DNA of 64,000 nt, taken from Octopus bimaculoides. Taxonomy: Eukaryota. The translations under genes and the position numbers were made by a program. Each line of letters starts with the position of its first letter. Position 1 is the first letter of the stretch. Below are positions 1-14,277 of this stretch, piece after piece. Location: positions 11,154,910 to 11,218,909 of the forward strand of contig NC_068984.1 of NCBI RefSeq assembly GCF_001194135.2, in the 5' to 3' direction. The notes beneath the pieces are model-generated. The model saw only the letters and a program-made list of their open reading frames with translations, made no database searches and was not told the origin of the DNA.

Positions 1-898
1 ATATATATATATATATATATATATATACGCCATAGGATCTGGGAAACCAGCCTTATGAGCTTATTGGCTGAGGGAGAACCTTTGATATTTACACACAAAA
101 CTCCTGTGCTAAAGCGATATGTAATGTGCTGTACATCAATTATGTATCAGTTATTTGCCGTAAAGCAATGTAAAACTTTTCTTTTTTTTTTTCTGTGAAT
201 CTCTGAAGAATTTCTTTGATTTTGATTGTCAGAATTTTTGGATGATTGACTGTAAAGAATAAGAATATAACATAACCAGAAGATTTCTCTTTTTTCTTTT
301 TCTTTTCTTTTTCGTTTATTTTTTGAGGTCTGCTGTTCCAAGTAAGCATCACATATCATTAGCCTCAATAAACGAGACTAAAGAGGATATTCCTTAAACT
401 ATAATCCACCATTTATCTAAGATGAAAGTTTGCTTAATTTAAAGACATTTTTCTCAGTCTTTCACTTGCTGCTAATGCAAATGTACCTTTGGGGGTTTGG
501 GGATGTTTGCTAAGGCAGCCAAAATATGACACCTTCTACATAAAAGCAATGTCAGAAAGGGCTGAAATAAATAACTATCTAAATTTCATCATCATCATCT
601 CAGCCTCTGTCACTCCCTCTCCCTCTCTCTCAAATCCCTCTCACCATATTTGATGGCATAAAAGACCAAGGATATTTAAGACACACCTCGATTTCAGCAG
701 CTCATTCAGGAAAAATTGTGTCTGGAACAAAATTAGCTTATAGGATGCCCAACTTCATATATAGGACCCAGGGTGAATTTTGGAGATTTTTTTTTTTTTA
801 TAAAAAAGTGCAGTTTATAAACCATCATATAATGGCATATGCAAATCTTTCATGAAAACTTTTTTTTTTCAATGAAAATTACATTACTTGTTCTGCTA

Positions 899-1264
899 AG
901 GAGTGGCTGTGTGGTAAGTAGCTTGCTTACTAACCACATGGTTCTGGGTTCAGTCCCACTGCGTGGCACCTTGGGCAAGTGTCTTCTACTATAGCCTCGG
1001 GCCGACCAAAGCCTTGTGAGTGGATTTGGTAGACGGAAACTAAAAGAAGCCCGTCGTATATATATATGTATGTGTGTGTATATGTTTGTGTGTCTGTATT
1101 TGTCCCCCCAACTTCGCTTGACAACTAATGCTGGTGTGTTTATGTCCCCGTAACTTAGCGGTTCGGCAAAAAGAGACCGATAGAATAAGTACCAGGCTTA
1201 CAAAGAATAAATCCTGGGGTTGATCTGCTCGACTAAAGGCGCTGCCCCAGCATGGCCGCAGTCA
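899..1264 (+). mobile_element. tRNA-headed SINE, family A (well-preserved copy, 3' end runs into gap)
   Basis: A-box-like GTGGCTGTGTGG (903-914), B-box-like GGTTCAGTCCC (947-957), internal TA/TG microsatellite. Related copies at about 11335-11705(+), 17268-17430(-), 19060-19500(-), 24530-24690(-), 26221-26610(-), 37130-37330(+), 45360-45530(-), 58690-59060(-). Confidence 0.85.
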
Positions 1265-1789
1265 NNNNNNNNNNNNNNNNNNNNNNNNNNNNNNNNNNNN
1301 NNNNNNNNNNNNNNNNNNNNNNNNNNNNNNNNNNNNNNNNNNNNNNNNNNNNNNNNNNNNNNNNNNNNNNNNNNNNNNNNNNNNNNNNNNNNNNNNNNNN
1401 NNNNNNNNNNNNNNNNNNNNNNNNNNNNNNNNNNNNNNNNNNNNNNNNNNNNNNNNNNNNNNNNNNNNNNNNNNNNNNNNNNNNNNNNNNNNNNNNNNNN
1501 NNNNNNNNNNNNNNNNNNNNNNNNNNNNNNNNNNNNNNNNNNNNNNNNNNNNNNNNNNNNNNNNNNNNNNNNNNNNNNNNNNNNNNNNNNNNNNNNNNNN
1601 NNNNNNNNNNNNNNNNNNNNNNNNNNNNNNNNNNNNNNNNNNNNNNNNNNNNNNNNNNNNNNNNNNNNNNNNNNNNNNNNNNNNNNNNNNNNNNNNNNNN
1701 NNNNNNNNNNNNNNNNNNAATTTATACGCATATATTGTTTATATAATAAATTACGCTGTGCGTATCTATGTGTGTAACAATTTTAGAGT

Positions 1790-2093
1790 TTGGATTCTAG
1801 AGTTAGGGTTAGGGTTACGGTTACAGTTAACAGTCTAGTTAGGGTTAGGGTTAGGGGATTAATACGATATACACCGTTACAGCGCTAACTGTTTTCAACT
1901 GAATAGACGTCAGTGATTAGTAGAAATTATCGAAATAAGACAATTTTTTACATGAAATAAATTCGAATACAAAAATTTTTTTCTGTTCTATAACACAAAA
2001 TAGATAAGTATACGAAGTTTGAAAGTCTTTCGGTACCAAAAACACTACATAAAACATAAATGAAAACTGGTGCCCCCGTTTTGAAATAGATCC
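1790..2093. mobile_element. Second, partial copy of the telomeric-repeat MITE (opposite orientation; left part not seen, possibly in the adjacent gap)
   Basis: 1917-2093 is the reverse complement of about 24890-25070 (ORF-track peptides nearly identical); TTAGGG runs at 1802-1857; TIR ends GATCC at 2093. Confidence 0.8.
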
Positions 2094-2311
2094 GTATGTT
2101 CCTCTAATAAAACAGAATGGCCGTAGTTGGAATGGCTTTGATCCTAGGTCTACTTGACAAGGCCTGATCTGAGCCTTAATAAACCAACCTATCATTTTGT
2201 TTACTAATTAACAAATTTAGAATGAAGCAGGTTTATTTAACACTGGAAATAAATAAATGAATAGATAACGTGAATTTGTGATCATATCTCTAATGAATTT
2301 TACTGTCCATG

Positions 2312-2482
2312 TCATCATCATCATCATCATCATCGTTTAACGTCCGCTTTCCATGCTAGCATGGGTTGGACGATTTGACTGAGGACTGGTGAAACCGGAT
2401 GGCAACACCAGGCTCCAATCTAATTTGGCAGAGTTTCTACAGCTGGATGCCCTTCCTAACGCCAACCACTCAGAGAGTGTAG
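2312..2482 (-). mobile_element. Young RTE LINE 3' end (truncated)
   Basis: Near-identical to 37656-37826, 55648-55795 and 63585-63755; (CAT)n tail on the + strand. Confidence 0.85.
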
Positions 2483-3837
2483 ATGTGTTTTAATTAAATC
2501 TTGAAAATAATTGAGAATTTGAATGGATTTAGTTAAAATAATGATTTTTTTTTTTCATTATGAAGTTAATGTTTGGAACATACCACATAAGAAAAGGTTC
2601 TTACATAAATTTATATAATGGAAGATTTTTAAGGAACAATCATGGATGGTCTGAAATGGATTGGCATTAAAAGGGTTAAGTTACTATCCACCTGAGAGAA
2701 AAGCGAGTCTTCCATAGGGATTTTTATCAGAACCTATTTTTTAACTGACACTAACTTTGATTAGAAATCTTCAGGTACAACTTTACTTCTGTCTATTTTG
2801 GCGGGATGTCTTCACCTATATTCACACATATACACACCCCCATCTCCCTCTCTCTCTCTTCTTTTTTTCCCTACTTTCTACCTATCTGTTATCAACCAGT
2901 TTCATCATGTATGTAGATATTTTTATTGCTTAAGGCTGTCTTATATTTCAGTGGTGGGGAGAGGTTTATCAATTTCAAATTCAGTCCCTTTTATGCGATC
3001 TTTCTTTCTTTATTTCTAGCCAATCCCTTCTATCAGATATTTGTTTCTGTGCCTCCCTTAAAAAAAAATCAACTAACAAAAAAGAACAAAAAAAAAATAG
3101 CAAAAAAGAGAAGGGGGTGGGGGTGGGGAGAAAAGTCTTTGACTAAGATTTAGTTCTGGCATGATGTGGCAGGAGGAATTACTATAAAACAACAGCAGAC
3201 TGCTTGGCCCCTATTAAAACCCTCCTTCTTTTTCAATCTCTTCACCCTCATCTCTGTGCCTATTTCACCACTAAGCATCCCCTACCTTCAACCTCTGTAT
3301 CTCTTGGTTTGTACATCTTGATGTAGTGGGACTATCTACTCTTACTCTAACCCCTTTACACCCCCACCCACCCCCAATCAGGGCTGAGCAAAAGTGACTG
3401 TTGCTTGGCTAAGGCTCTGCTTACATCAGCCAAAATAACACTCACCAGATGTTACCACTTCTGTTTCTCTTTCATTTACTATTTTTATGTTTTTTAAAGT
3501 CACCTCTCTCTCCCCTTTTCTTTTCTTTTCCTATTATTCTAACCCATCCCCAATTCCCACTACATCTACTCCACAACCATCGCAATCAACTAAATATTAT
3601 TAATTTGCATAAATTACTGAAACTAAATAAACTATAAAAGAACAAGCTGTTGAAAAATAAACAAATGAATGAATAATTTTTATTTCTAAAGGAGGTTTTT
3701 CATCAATATTTGTTTGAAAGTACAACAGCTTCTCTCCCTCCCCAATAAATAAATTATATTATACTTCTGTTTCAATTTAAAAGTATTCTTCTTCTGGTTG
3801 ATTTCCTTCGTTATGCTATTTACTACTACTACTGCTA

Positions 3838-4406
3838 CTATTATTATTATTGAGTGAGAGAGCAGTGCATGCCATCAAAGTGACACTAGGGTACAAATAT
3901 ACGAGGTCCAGTATACCCATCATGACTACCCATGTGATAAGGGTACACCAGGCACGTGCATCACAACCATATGTGCGCAACATAGTGGTCTCATATCAAG
4001 ATAAACAGCGCATAACCTCGCAGGTGGAGCCCAGTTAGAATTTTCTTCAGGTCGAGTAGCCCATCCTGCTCAAAAGGTCCCTGAATAAGGTTTGTTTAAG
4101 GATGTTGAGCAAAACACCCATGTTTCCAAAGGTGAATTATTCAAACCCCAAAGAATTCCTCTCAACACATGGCTATGATGCTCCCCCACTACTTCTGCTC
4201 ATGATCAGAGATGCACATATTGTCAGCCACCAAGGGACATGCTCAACTGGTTACGGTCAAGCAACTGACAAGCAAATCTGTGATATTGAGCAGAATATTT
4301 GCTGTAGCCCATCTTTTATATCAAGACAAAACAATGTACATGATAACACTTCCAATCAGTTAAGATCAGAAGCCATGGGACCCACTGCCTGGTACTGCAT
4401 CAGGGC

Positions 4407-4407
<1 letters not shown>
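3838..4407 (-). mobile_element. Unclassified non-LTR retroelement 3' region with (AAT)n tail
   Basis: TTATTATTGAGTGAGAGAGCAGTGCATGCCATCAAAGTGACAC... recurs at 53991-54151 with the same tail, truncated at the other end. Clade not determined. Confidence 0.7.
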
Positions 4408-4444
<37 letters not shown>

Positions 4445-5324
4445 ATTAATTATTATTAAGGTGGTGAGCTGGCAGAATCATTAGCACACTAGGCGAAATA
4501 CTTACCTGCATTTCGTCCGTCTTCGAGTTCTGATTTCAAATGTCACTGGAGCCGACTTTGCCTTTCATCCTTTTAGGATCGATAAAATAATTACTAGTTG
4601 AGCACTAGCATAGCTAGAGTGTCTCCCACCTGGGGCTGCTCTTCTGTTTGCCGCCCCCAAACCCCCACAAAAAGCACAAATTGCCTACAACAGAATGGAA
4701 AGTACCGCCCCTACTGACCCCTCCACCCTCCAGCTACACCAGTGCAATTGAGTACTGGGGTCAATGTAATTGATTTACCCCCCCTCTCCCAAAGTGTCGG
4801 GCCCTGGGCCTTTAGTAGAAAGGATTATTGTTATTATTATTAAATTATTTAGCTCACAGAATCATTAGCATGCCGGCCAGAATGCTTAGCAGCATTTCAT
4901 GTCTTTACATTTTAAGTTCAAATTCTGTCAAGGTCAACTTTGCCTTTCATCCTTTTGGGGTCAATAAATTAAGTACCAGTTACGTACTGGAGTTGATCTA
5001 ATCGACTACTCTCCCCCACCAATATAAAAATTTGGGGCCTTGTGCCTAGAGTAGAAAAGAATAAAGTAAGTACCAGTTGATTACTAGGGGCTAATGTAAA
5101 TGGCTCCACCAAATATGCAGGCCTTGTGCTTATAGTAGAAAGGATTATTATTATTATTATTAAGCTATGGCTGACTTCCTTTATTTAGTTATCCTTCTGA
5201 CCAGTTTGGAAGGATTTATCAAATCGATAAAGAATAAGAAGAAACGTGGAAAGGGTGTGGGGTGTGAGGGGAATTAGTAGAAATTGTGATGTAGTATTTA
5301 AATTTTGAAATTTAGTTTAGCCAT

Positions 5325-5723
5325 GATTGTTGCCAGGGCCACGGATTGGTTCCCATGCCGGTGGCACGTAAAAAATACCATTCAAGTGTGAACTTTGCCA
5401 GCATCACCTTACTGGCACATGAGCTGGCAGCACATGAAAAACAACATTCAAGCATGGTCATTGCCAGTGCTGCCGGACTGGCCCCTGTGCAGGTAGCACG
5501 TAAAAAACACCTTTTGAGCATGGTCGTTGCCAGAACCGCCGGACTGGCCCTCGTGCCGGTGGCACGAAAAAGCTCCCACTATACTCTTAGAGTGGTTGGT
5601 GTTAGAAACTTTGCCAGATCAGATTGAGCCTGGTGTAGCCATCTGGTTTCACCAGTCCTCAGTAAAACCATCCAACCCATGCCAGCATGGAAAGCAGACG
5701 TTAAACAACGATGATGATGATGA
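5325..5723 (+). mobile_element. RTE LINE 3' UTR copy with about 3-4 array units
   Basis: Units starting near 5361, 5428, 5493 and 5559, followed by the family 3' end and (GAT)n. Confidence 0.75.
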
Positions 5724-5805
5724 TTTTTATTAGTTACATTTACTCAGTGATAATGCTACATCTCAATTTTCAGTGTTATTGTTTATATGCATATACACTC
5801 ACACA

Positions 5806-5838
<33 letters not shown>

Positions 5839-6107
5839 GCAGACAGACAGACAACTAGGGGGATTGAAAGTCATAATTCTAATTTGTTACCTGTTTATTT
5901 GTTTTAGCAGAAAAGGAGGTTAAAGGTAAATTATTTCCCCAACTTGCCACCATATTTGATTTGTCAGTCTCCATCACCTTAGTTTATGTATGTGTGTGTG
6001 TGCATGCACATGTCTATATATGTGTATATGTATATGTGTGTGTGTGTGTGTGTATACGTGCGCACATCTATATATGTGTATATGTATATATATGTGTGTG
6101 TGTGTAT

Positions 6108-6170
<63 letters not shown>

Positions 6171-7631
6171 CACCCATTTACCTTAAACCAAAAGCAATCA
6201 TCTCTCTCTCTCTTTCCTTTTTTAATTTTTTTTTTTTCCTTTACATTTTTCATTTTTATTTCAGTGATGAAGTCTAGTTGTATTATTCTGTCTGATTATC
6301 TGACTATCACATATCTACAATCTTGCTTGTTTTCATGGCACCCTTCTGTGTTCTAGTTCTCAACCAGAACTCAGCCCCTTTCCTCACCCTTCCACCACCT
6401 TCCTCCCTCGTTCACTCTACACCACCACCACCACCTCACCGTTACACCTACACCCTCAACTATATGCTAAGTTTGCCAATATTCAGGGATGGGGTGTAGC
6501 AGGTGAGAGGCTGTTCCTTGTCATATATTATGTGAGGGAAGAAGTAGAACAGGGTCCTTTCCATACATCATCACCATCAGTCACCTCTACCCACCGCCAC
6601 CACTGCCATCAACACCACCATCACCACCACCGCCATCATGTTGCCTACAAACCCTACAAAACCTTGTTGATATGTTTACAATGGCACCTAAACTTTAAAA
6701 AGAAGGTAAGTCAAGAATTAATTATAGATTAGCTGTTTGTTGTTGGTTGGCCAAGGGAGCAAGTCCTTGCCTTACTTGCTGGTACAGACTTTTGAAGGTT
6801 TTATGCTTGTTTTTTTAATTTACTGGGGTTTATTTACTTATTTCTCTACACCATCTGGAATTAATTGTGTAAGACAGAGCTAACGAGAGGGAGCCTCTAC
6901 ATGGCTATTTAATCAACCTCGTTGAAATAGCAGCTGAATCTCCCCTAGATCACACCCTGCAGTCTTTTAAATAAGGAAAAGGACATTGAATAATGTTGTC
7001 CTTCCATAGCTTTAAAGAAAGACAGGGTAGCCGTGGCTGGAACAATTTTGGTCTGGGTGTGAGAGTGGGAAGAGGCTAAACAGCTACAACAGTCATGTAA
7101 ATAATACCAACACAAACTAACAACCAAAAGCTTGTTTGTGTGTGTTTACCCTCTTTCTCAAGAACGAATACATATCGGCATTCATATACCTACACACACA
7201 CACACATCCATTTATGTGAACCCAAACTACGTTCCCACTTGAAACTAGAGACACTGCTTTATGTAACAAATTTTTTCCATATTAAATAAACACATCTCTT
7301 TACCAAAAGAATGTTTACATTGTCCAAAACATTTCTTTAATGTCAAACCAAGGTCTTCAGTCTTAAAAGCATTTTTGTTGTTACTGTCAAATCATATCAT
7401 AACCCTTAAAATATGTTTCTATATTCAAAAATATCTCCACCATCGTGTATGTTTTACTGCCAATCAATAATAACCATAAATGTGTGCGTGTGTGTATTAT
7501 TCTTTTCTACTCTTGGCACAAAGCCTGAAATTTTGGGGGAGGGGGCCAGTCGATTAGATCGAGCCCAGTATGCAACTGGTACTTAATTTATTGACCCTGA
7601 AAGGATGAAAGGCAAAATCAACCACGGCAGA

Positions 7632-7670
<39 letters not shown>

Positions 7671-9094
7671 CAGTGAAGGATGTAATGAAAGGCTAGAAAA
7701 TTTCCCCAGCAAGAAGATGTTCTTTGAATGAAGACCTTTGCGATATTTGTTCTGTACTGATTTGCAGACACTCTTTTTACTCTCTCCATCTTAAATTCAG
7801 TGAACCAGTGGTTGACTCATTGAAAATCTGTAACTAATGACAACACTTATGTTCACCAATTGTGATATAAATTGCTGAAGGGTTACTATAGCCCCAGCCA
7901 TATGAGTGGATTTAGTAGACAGAAACTGAAAGAAGCTCATTGTATATGTGTATATGCTTTGTGTCTCCTTGCTGTGATATTGTGATAGCTGTAAATGAGT
8001 GTCACTGATAATACAAGCAATACCCCACCACTACTACCACACTCACACACATTTCCAATTTTCCATGGGAATATGTCCAAGCCTTGCATTAAGATAGATG
8101 AAGGTTGACAACAGTAAAGCCATCTGGCCGTAGAAAATATACCTTGATGAATTTTGTATGACCTATGCAAGCACGGAAAAGTGGACATTAAAATGATGAT
8201 GATGATGATGATGATAATTTAAGTAAAAAAGCTTCAAACTTAGAAGAAAGTGAAATGTGATGTGATGTGATGTTGTTCATTATTTACCTAATTTGTGCTG
8301 TTAGTGAAGGGAAATAGCAGGAACCAATAGGCCAGGATCACAGATTTGGCCCATATGAAGAGGACAGTGAAGACCTTAAAAATGATATCATCCCAATTTA
8401 TAGTAGGGAGAAGATGTTTTAACGGTGTTAATTTATTGTCTTTATTTTTTTGTTGTTGTTTTTGTCTAACCCTGAGTCAACCCTGGTTGAGCAGGCTTAT
8501 GATCAAAGGTAGTCAAACTATGACCTTCTCATCTTTTTTTGGTGGGGAGAGCAATGTATCAAAGACTACATTATCTCGTCCATTTTTTATGATGATACAG
8601 TGATTTGAGGGCAATTTGGATGCTAATTCTTGCAGATCAAATAACTACATAGAGGTTGTTGTTTGTTACTTCTTGAGCCATGCTTTGGCTCATAAGGGCT
8701 GGTTTCCAAGTTTCATTGGCATATAGGTTCCACACCCTCGACCACAAGTCTGCTGCTCTAACCACTTGACCATGTGCCTCCACAACTACATAGAGGTACC
8801 TAGTGGTTAAAGACATTCCAACTATGATCATCCTCAATTTTTTTTTTTTTTTTTTTTCACATTTAAGACTAACAAATCTGTCCAATGTATCTTCCCTTTA
8901 ATATGACAAAAGGCTGTGATTTAAGGAAGGCTTAGCTACTATTTTTAGCTGGTTGAGCAGCCATGTTGAGAGTTTCATGTTTTTTGCTCATAGTTTCTGC
9001 TTTAGCATATATGTAGGCAATGTTGTTGTTTAGTCTCCACAGTTAGTATGCAGACAATACAGGGTATATATATACACAGACACATACACATATA

Positions 9095-9178
<84 letters not shown>

Positions 9179-9320
9179 TACACACACTGTGTTTGTGGTT
9201 TACCAAACTTCTTAACTATGTACTTGTTGTTGTTGTTATATAGTCTCTGGCTGATCCATTCTAGACAAGTGTTGTAGGACTGTTACTGGTGCACCATTTC
9301 TAGACATTGTTCTTTGTTTT

Positions 9321-9323
9321 TGC

Positions 9324-9378
<55 letters not shown>

Positions 9379-9386
9379 GCTGCTGC
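9321..9386. repeat. (TTG)n/(CTG)n microsatellite
   Basis: Direct; source of the spurious polyQ ORF 9236-9445. Confidence 0.95.
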
Positions 9387-9618
9387 ATAGTCCATGACTT
9401 TAGGCCTCTAGACAGAGAGAATGGAAACAAATAAGCTTTTAACATATTTAGTAGTCACTTAGTGCTATCAGACACAGATTAATCTGCTTTTGTCATTATC
9501 TGAAGATATTCCTGAACTAATACCAAAGAGATTTCAGAGTTTGTTGGTTTATGGTTCCTAGGCAAACAGTTTGGGTTGGAGTAAGCTTGAAAATAGTCAT
9601 TTTAACATACTTTTGGGT

Positions 9619-9621
<3 letters not shown>

Positions 9622-9685
<64 letters not shown>

Positions 9686-9755
9686 CTTTATGTATGTGTG
9701 TATATATATATGTAATATATATGAATATATGTATGTATATATATATATATGTATG

Positions 9756-9797
<42 letters not shown>

Positions 9798-9923
9798 TAT
9801 ATATATAATGTTTATATATGTATATATATATGATGTATATGTATGTATATATATGCGTATGCATGTACATAAATATACAAACGTACTTATATATGCATGT
9901 GTATGTATATATACATATATAAG

Positions 9924-9982
<59 letters not shown>

Positions 9983-10135
9983 NNNNNNNNNNGTACAGAT
10001 ATATATATATATATATATATATACATAGATACATATACAGATACATATATATACACACATAGGCTTGTACAGATACATATATATATATATATATATACAC
10101 ATACATACATATGTACGTATATGCATACATACATC
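9622..10135. repeat. Compound (TA)n/(CA)n/(TATG)n microsatellite
   Basis: Direct. Similar blocks at 1-27, 5796-6165, 9069-9185, 17160-17267, 18015-18135, 47520-47830, 51443-51610. Confidence 0.95.
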
Positions 10136-11934
10136 CATCCATACACAATCAGTTGTATAAGAAATATAAGTGAAAGCGGCAGAGCAGTAACTATGTTCTC
10201 GATCCAAATCATCTGCTATAGAGATTTCAAGATCATTATATGTTTAGTTCTGTCACATGATATTCCTCCTTCCCACTCTCACACATACGCACACAAATAT
10301 TTCTCTGTGTGCATATGTATCTGTGGAACAGTACCTCAGTTACTTGCAGGTTATGGAAACTAATACTGGTATTCCATAAGCTTTTCGCATGTGCGATAAG
10401 TAGTGAATGTGCTAATTTGCTATAATTACACATACTCATTTACAAATTGTATTATAATTTGAAATTCTATGAGAAACAAATGAATTTCTAAATTGAAAGG
10501 CAGTGTAACGAGGTATCGTAAATCCTATATTCCTGCCATCTAAAATGGTCTCCTTAATGTCATCATCATCTTCATCATTGTATGTCTGCTTTTCCATGCT
10601 TGCGTGTGTCAAATGGAATCTGTTAAGGCAGGTTTTCTCTGGCTGGATACTCTTCCTGTTGCCAACCCTCACCTGTTTCCAAGCATGGTAATATTTCCCC
10701 ATTGCCAGACATGTTTTTCATGGAAGACTGGAAACACAACCTCACGTGTATGTTGGTGATGCTCATTTACAACGATCACATGATCTCAAGATAAGGGTAC
10801 ACATAAATACACACACACACACATCTTTTGTTGGCTAGAGGCTATAGTGGAAGATACTTGTTTAAGGTACCAAGCAGTGGGACTAAACCTGGAACCATGT
10901 GGTTGGGAAGCAGATTTCTTACCAAATGGTCATGCCTGTGCCTATAAATAATGAAGTTCTTTAAAGAAATATAGACAGGTGTTATTTTAGCAAAACATCT
11001 TTTTGGAAACGAAACTTTGATAAACACTTTGCTAATTAATCATCTATACTCTGTAATTGAAAAAAAAAAAACTAGTGGAAATTGATATTTGTCCTTTGTT
11101 TTTATTTAGAATTTAAAAAAATAAACCGAAACATGAAAATACTGAGTCAAAATAATAAATGACATATATTGATTTTTAAAACTATTTTTCACCCTCTGTT
11201 AGATTTATTAAATTCCAAGAAATATTTATAGTTTATTGAATTATTCTCTTTCAATTGCGACAATGTGAACTTAAGTGTGTTCTGCAATAGATGTAAAGTT
11301 TCCAAAAAGTTGTCTGGAAATCTTGTTTAGAATCTAGCAGCATGGCTGTGTGGTAAGAAGTTTGCTTCCCAATCACATTGTTCTGGGTTCGGTCCTAATG
11401 TGTAGCACCTTGGGAAAGTGTTTTTTACTGTAACCTCAGGTTGACGAAAGCTTTGTGAGTGGATTTGGTTGACAAAAACCAAAAGAAGCCCATTGGATAT
11501 ATATTTCTGTGTTTGTCTCCCACTGCACCTTGACAACTGGTGTTAGTGTGTTGATGCTCTTTAACATAGCAGTTCAGCAAAAGAGACCAACAGAGTAAGT
11601 ATCAGGCTTAAAAATAAGTAATGGGGTCAATTAAATGGAGTAAAGCTTCTTCAAGGCAGTACTCCAGCATGGCCACAGTCTAATGACTGAAACAAGTAAA
11701 AGATAAAAATAAAGCTCTTTTTGTTCACTCGCATGAAGACGTGTATGTGGTCTAGTGGTTAGAGTATTAGATTCATGATCATAAGGTCATGGTTTCAATT
11801 CCTGTACCAGGCAGTACATTGAGCAAAGCACTTCACTTCACATTTTTCCAGTCTACTTAGCTGAAAATAAGTACCAGTTGAGTCTTTTTGCAGCCCTGTC
11901 TCCCTGTAGCTTTCATATCTTGAATATTCTGTGA

Positions 11935-12117
11935 CAGGGGTCCCCAAACGTTTTAGACCATCAACCCCTTCATGGAATCATTGACCACCCCCCATCGACC
12001 CCCAGGCATGTACTTGAAAATAAATAAATAAATAATTAAGTAGATGTGCGTTCATCAACCCCTTAAATTGTCCCATCAACCTCCAGGGGTCAATATCGAC
12101 CACTTTGTCGACCCCTG
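11935..12117. mobile_element. hAT-type MITE, related to 34951-35410
   Basis: TIRs CAGGGGTCCCCAAA / TTTGTCGACCCCTG; TSD TTCTGTGA / TTCTATGA (7 of 8). Confidence 0.8.
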
Positions 12118-12239
12118 TTCTATGAAGTCAAAGGAGAGAAAGCCAAGGGGCTGTCCATGTCTGTTTGCAACTACAGAGGTACCTAAAACAAAGCATTGTA
12201 CATGCTACCAGGTTTTATTTACTTGCAAGTGATGGCTAT

Positions 12240-12301
12240 GGTTTTTGTTTGTTTACTCTGGTTTTTGTTTGTTTACTCTGGTTTTTGTTTGTTTACTTTG
12301 G
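12240..12301. repeat. 20-bp tandem repeat x3
   Basis: GGTTTTTGTTTGTTTACTCT x2, then GGTTTTTGTTTGTTTACTTT. Confidence 0.9.
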
Positions 12302-14277
12302 TCATGCCTTTGGAGAAAATGTGAATGTCTAAATCCCTTTATTCACCTTGAACTGACAGAACAATTGGAAAAATTACTATTTCACTTTTAGCAAAATATT
12401 TCAATTCATAAAATGTCCAATTGATATGTCACAGGTAATGTCATGCTGGTGGTTTCCAAAAACAATGAAACAGTGCTAGACTACCAATGATTAGAAATTT
12501 TAAGAACTTTGTATTAAGGAAACAACAACAAAAAAAAGTTAAACAAACTTTTTCCTTATAATTCCTTAATTTTAATTTCAAATTCTGCCAAATATTATGA
12601 CAAAATGATTATCTCCCTTGTAATAGCTGTAACCATTTGGGGAATCGTGTATTTTATAGTGTAAGCTCTCTGAAACACTGTAACATGAATTTTATATTTT
12701 CTAAAGGGAAGAAAATGTGAACTTGAGCAGGCCTTACACATAATGGCTCTCTCTACTCGTTCAATTATTACTAAATAATGTTTAATTATCATGATTTTAA
12801 ATTAAAATTAATAACAAGCCAGAAGCAAAATATTTTGTATTTATGAATTTTTTAATAAATTTTTATTCTATAATCTCTTAGGAAATAAATTTTTCAAGCC
12901 TTACTTCTTTTCTACATATCGTTTTTTTTTTTTTTTGCTATGTTTCTGAACCAATCTCCCCTCTCTTTCTGTTTCTCTCTCTCTCCTTTTTTCTTTTCTT
13001 TATTTTTTCTTTCTTAATGTTAATTGAAAGTAAACTCATGGAGTTGGAAGAATGTAAACTGATACATTGGTAGTAGATAGGGTTATTTATTTTTAGTCGT
13101 GTGTTTGTTTCTGGGTAGAAATTTCTCTGACCATAATCTAGCATCCGCCCCGCCAGCACCACCATCACCTCTTTATCTCTGAACATCACCCACTTAGCGA
13201 ACCTTTATATTGCAAATTAATTGCCAACATAGACTAATACTTTGGGTTGTGTGGGTATGTGTGTGTATTAAGCGTCTCCTTCTGGTGCTTAATGTTATGT
13301 ATTTATACTCCAGATTGTTCTGAGGTAAATAAGGTATTCTGTGTCTGTGTAAATAAGCTATCCAATAACAGTGCTTCAACCTTAAAAGTAAGAAAATCAC
13401 TAAATAAACGAAAGATAGATTATATTTCTAATGAAGTGCACTAGAATTGCGCTAGTTAATAGTGAAGAGTGAATGAAGTCAGTGTTTTTTGGCAAAGAAA
13501 TTGGTGTTTAAGATTTTGATTATCAAAATATTCCACTAGGAACATTCTTCTATGCATTTATCTATCTATCTATCTGTCTATCTATCCATCTCTATCTATC
13601 TATTTGTCTATCTATCCATCTGTCTGTCTATCTATTCATCTATCCTTTTATCTATCTGTCTATCTATCCATCCATAAATCTTTTTATCTCTCTATCTATT
13701 CACATGCACACACACACCTATTTCTGTTGGTAACTAGCGTACATTAGACTACCACATAAATGTGTGTGTATGTACATATGTATGTGAGCACATACATGTA
13801 CACATATATTCAAACAATCAGATTTATACACGCAATCAGGTTTTATATTAAAGAAAGGTATGTTTTTGTTTTATATCATTTTCTTATATCAACATTTCAA
13901 TTAAATAGGAAATTGACTTTCTGTTGTTACATTCCTGAGGTAAGGACATTGGATCAGAAACACAAAAAAGTACAAAATATCAAACTAAATGACTTTAGTT
14001 ATGGTGCAACTACGTTCCAGGTTCAAATCCCATTAGAGTCTCAGGTATCAATAAAATAAGTACCACTCTATAACCAGAATTGACACAAATGTGTACAGTC
14101 CACCACTTCAATTTTTCCATTTTGTGTCAATACAGTATGATACTATTTCTCAGTAAGACTCATTCAGTTCCTATCTAACAAACCAGTGTCTCAAATGTAA
14201 CCAAGATGTATAGGAATGCTTTGTCCATATTCTAGCCATGGCTGTCCTTCCATTCAGTAAGGTTGGTGTTAGCATGT

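Noticed and set aside
899-975. tRNA genes at SINE heads
   Set aside because: A/B boxes are present but I could not fold a full cloverleaf, and they continue into multi-copy SINE bodies
6500-6711. His-rich ORF 6532-6732 ending at a strong donor AAG|GTAAGT (6705)
   Set aside because: The His run derives from (CAC/CAT)n repeats and phase 0 does not fit the WW2 exon. A rough composition estimate gives about 3-4 chance AGGTAAG per strand in 64 kb (orphans also at 13939 and 29418).
8310-8420. Short open stretch EPIGQDHRFGPYEEDSEDLKNDIIP
   Set aside because: Weak acceptor, no donor before the stop, and no WW1 similarity
9236-9445. PolyQ protein ORF on the minus strand
   Set aside because: Translation of a (TTG)n microsatellite with no flanking protein-like sequence or splice context
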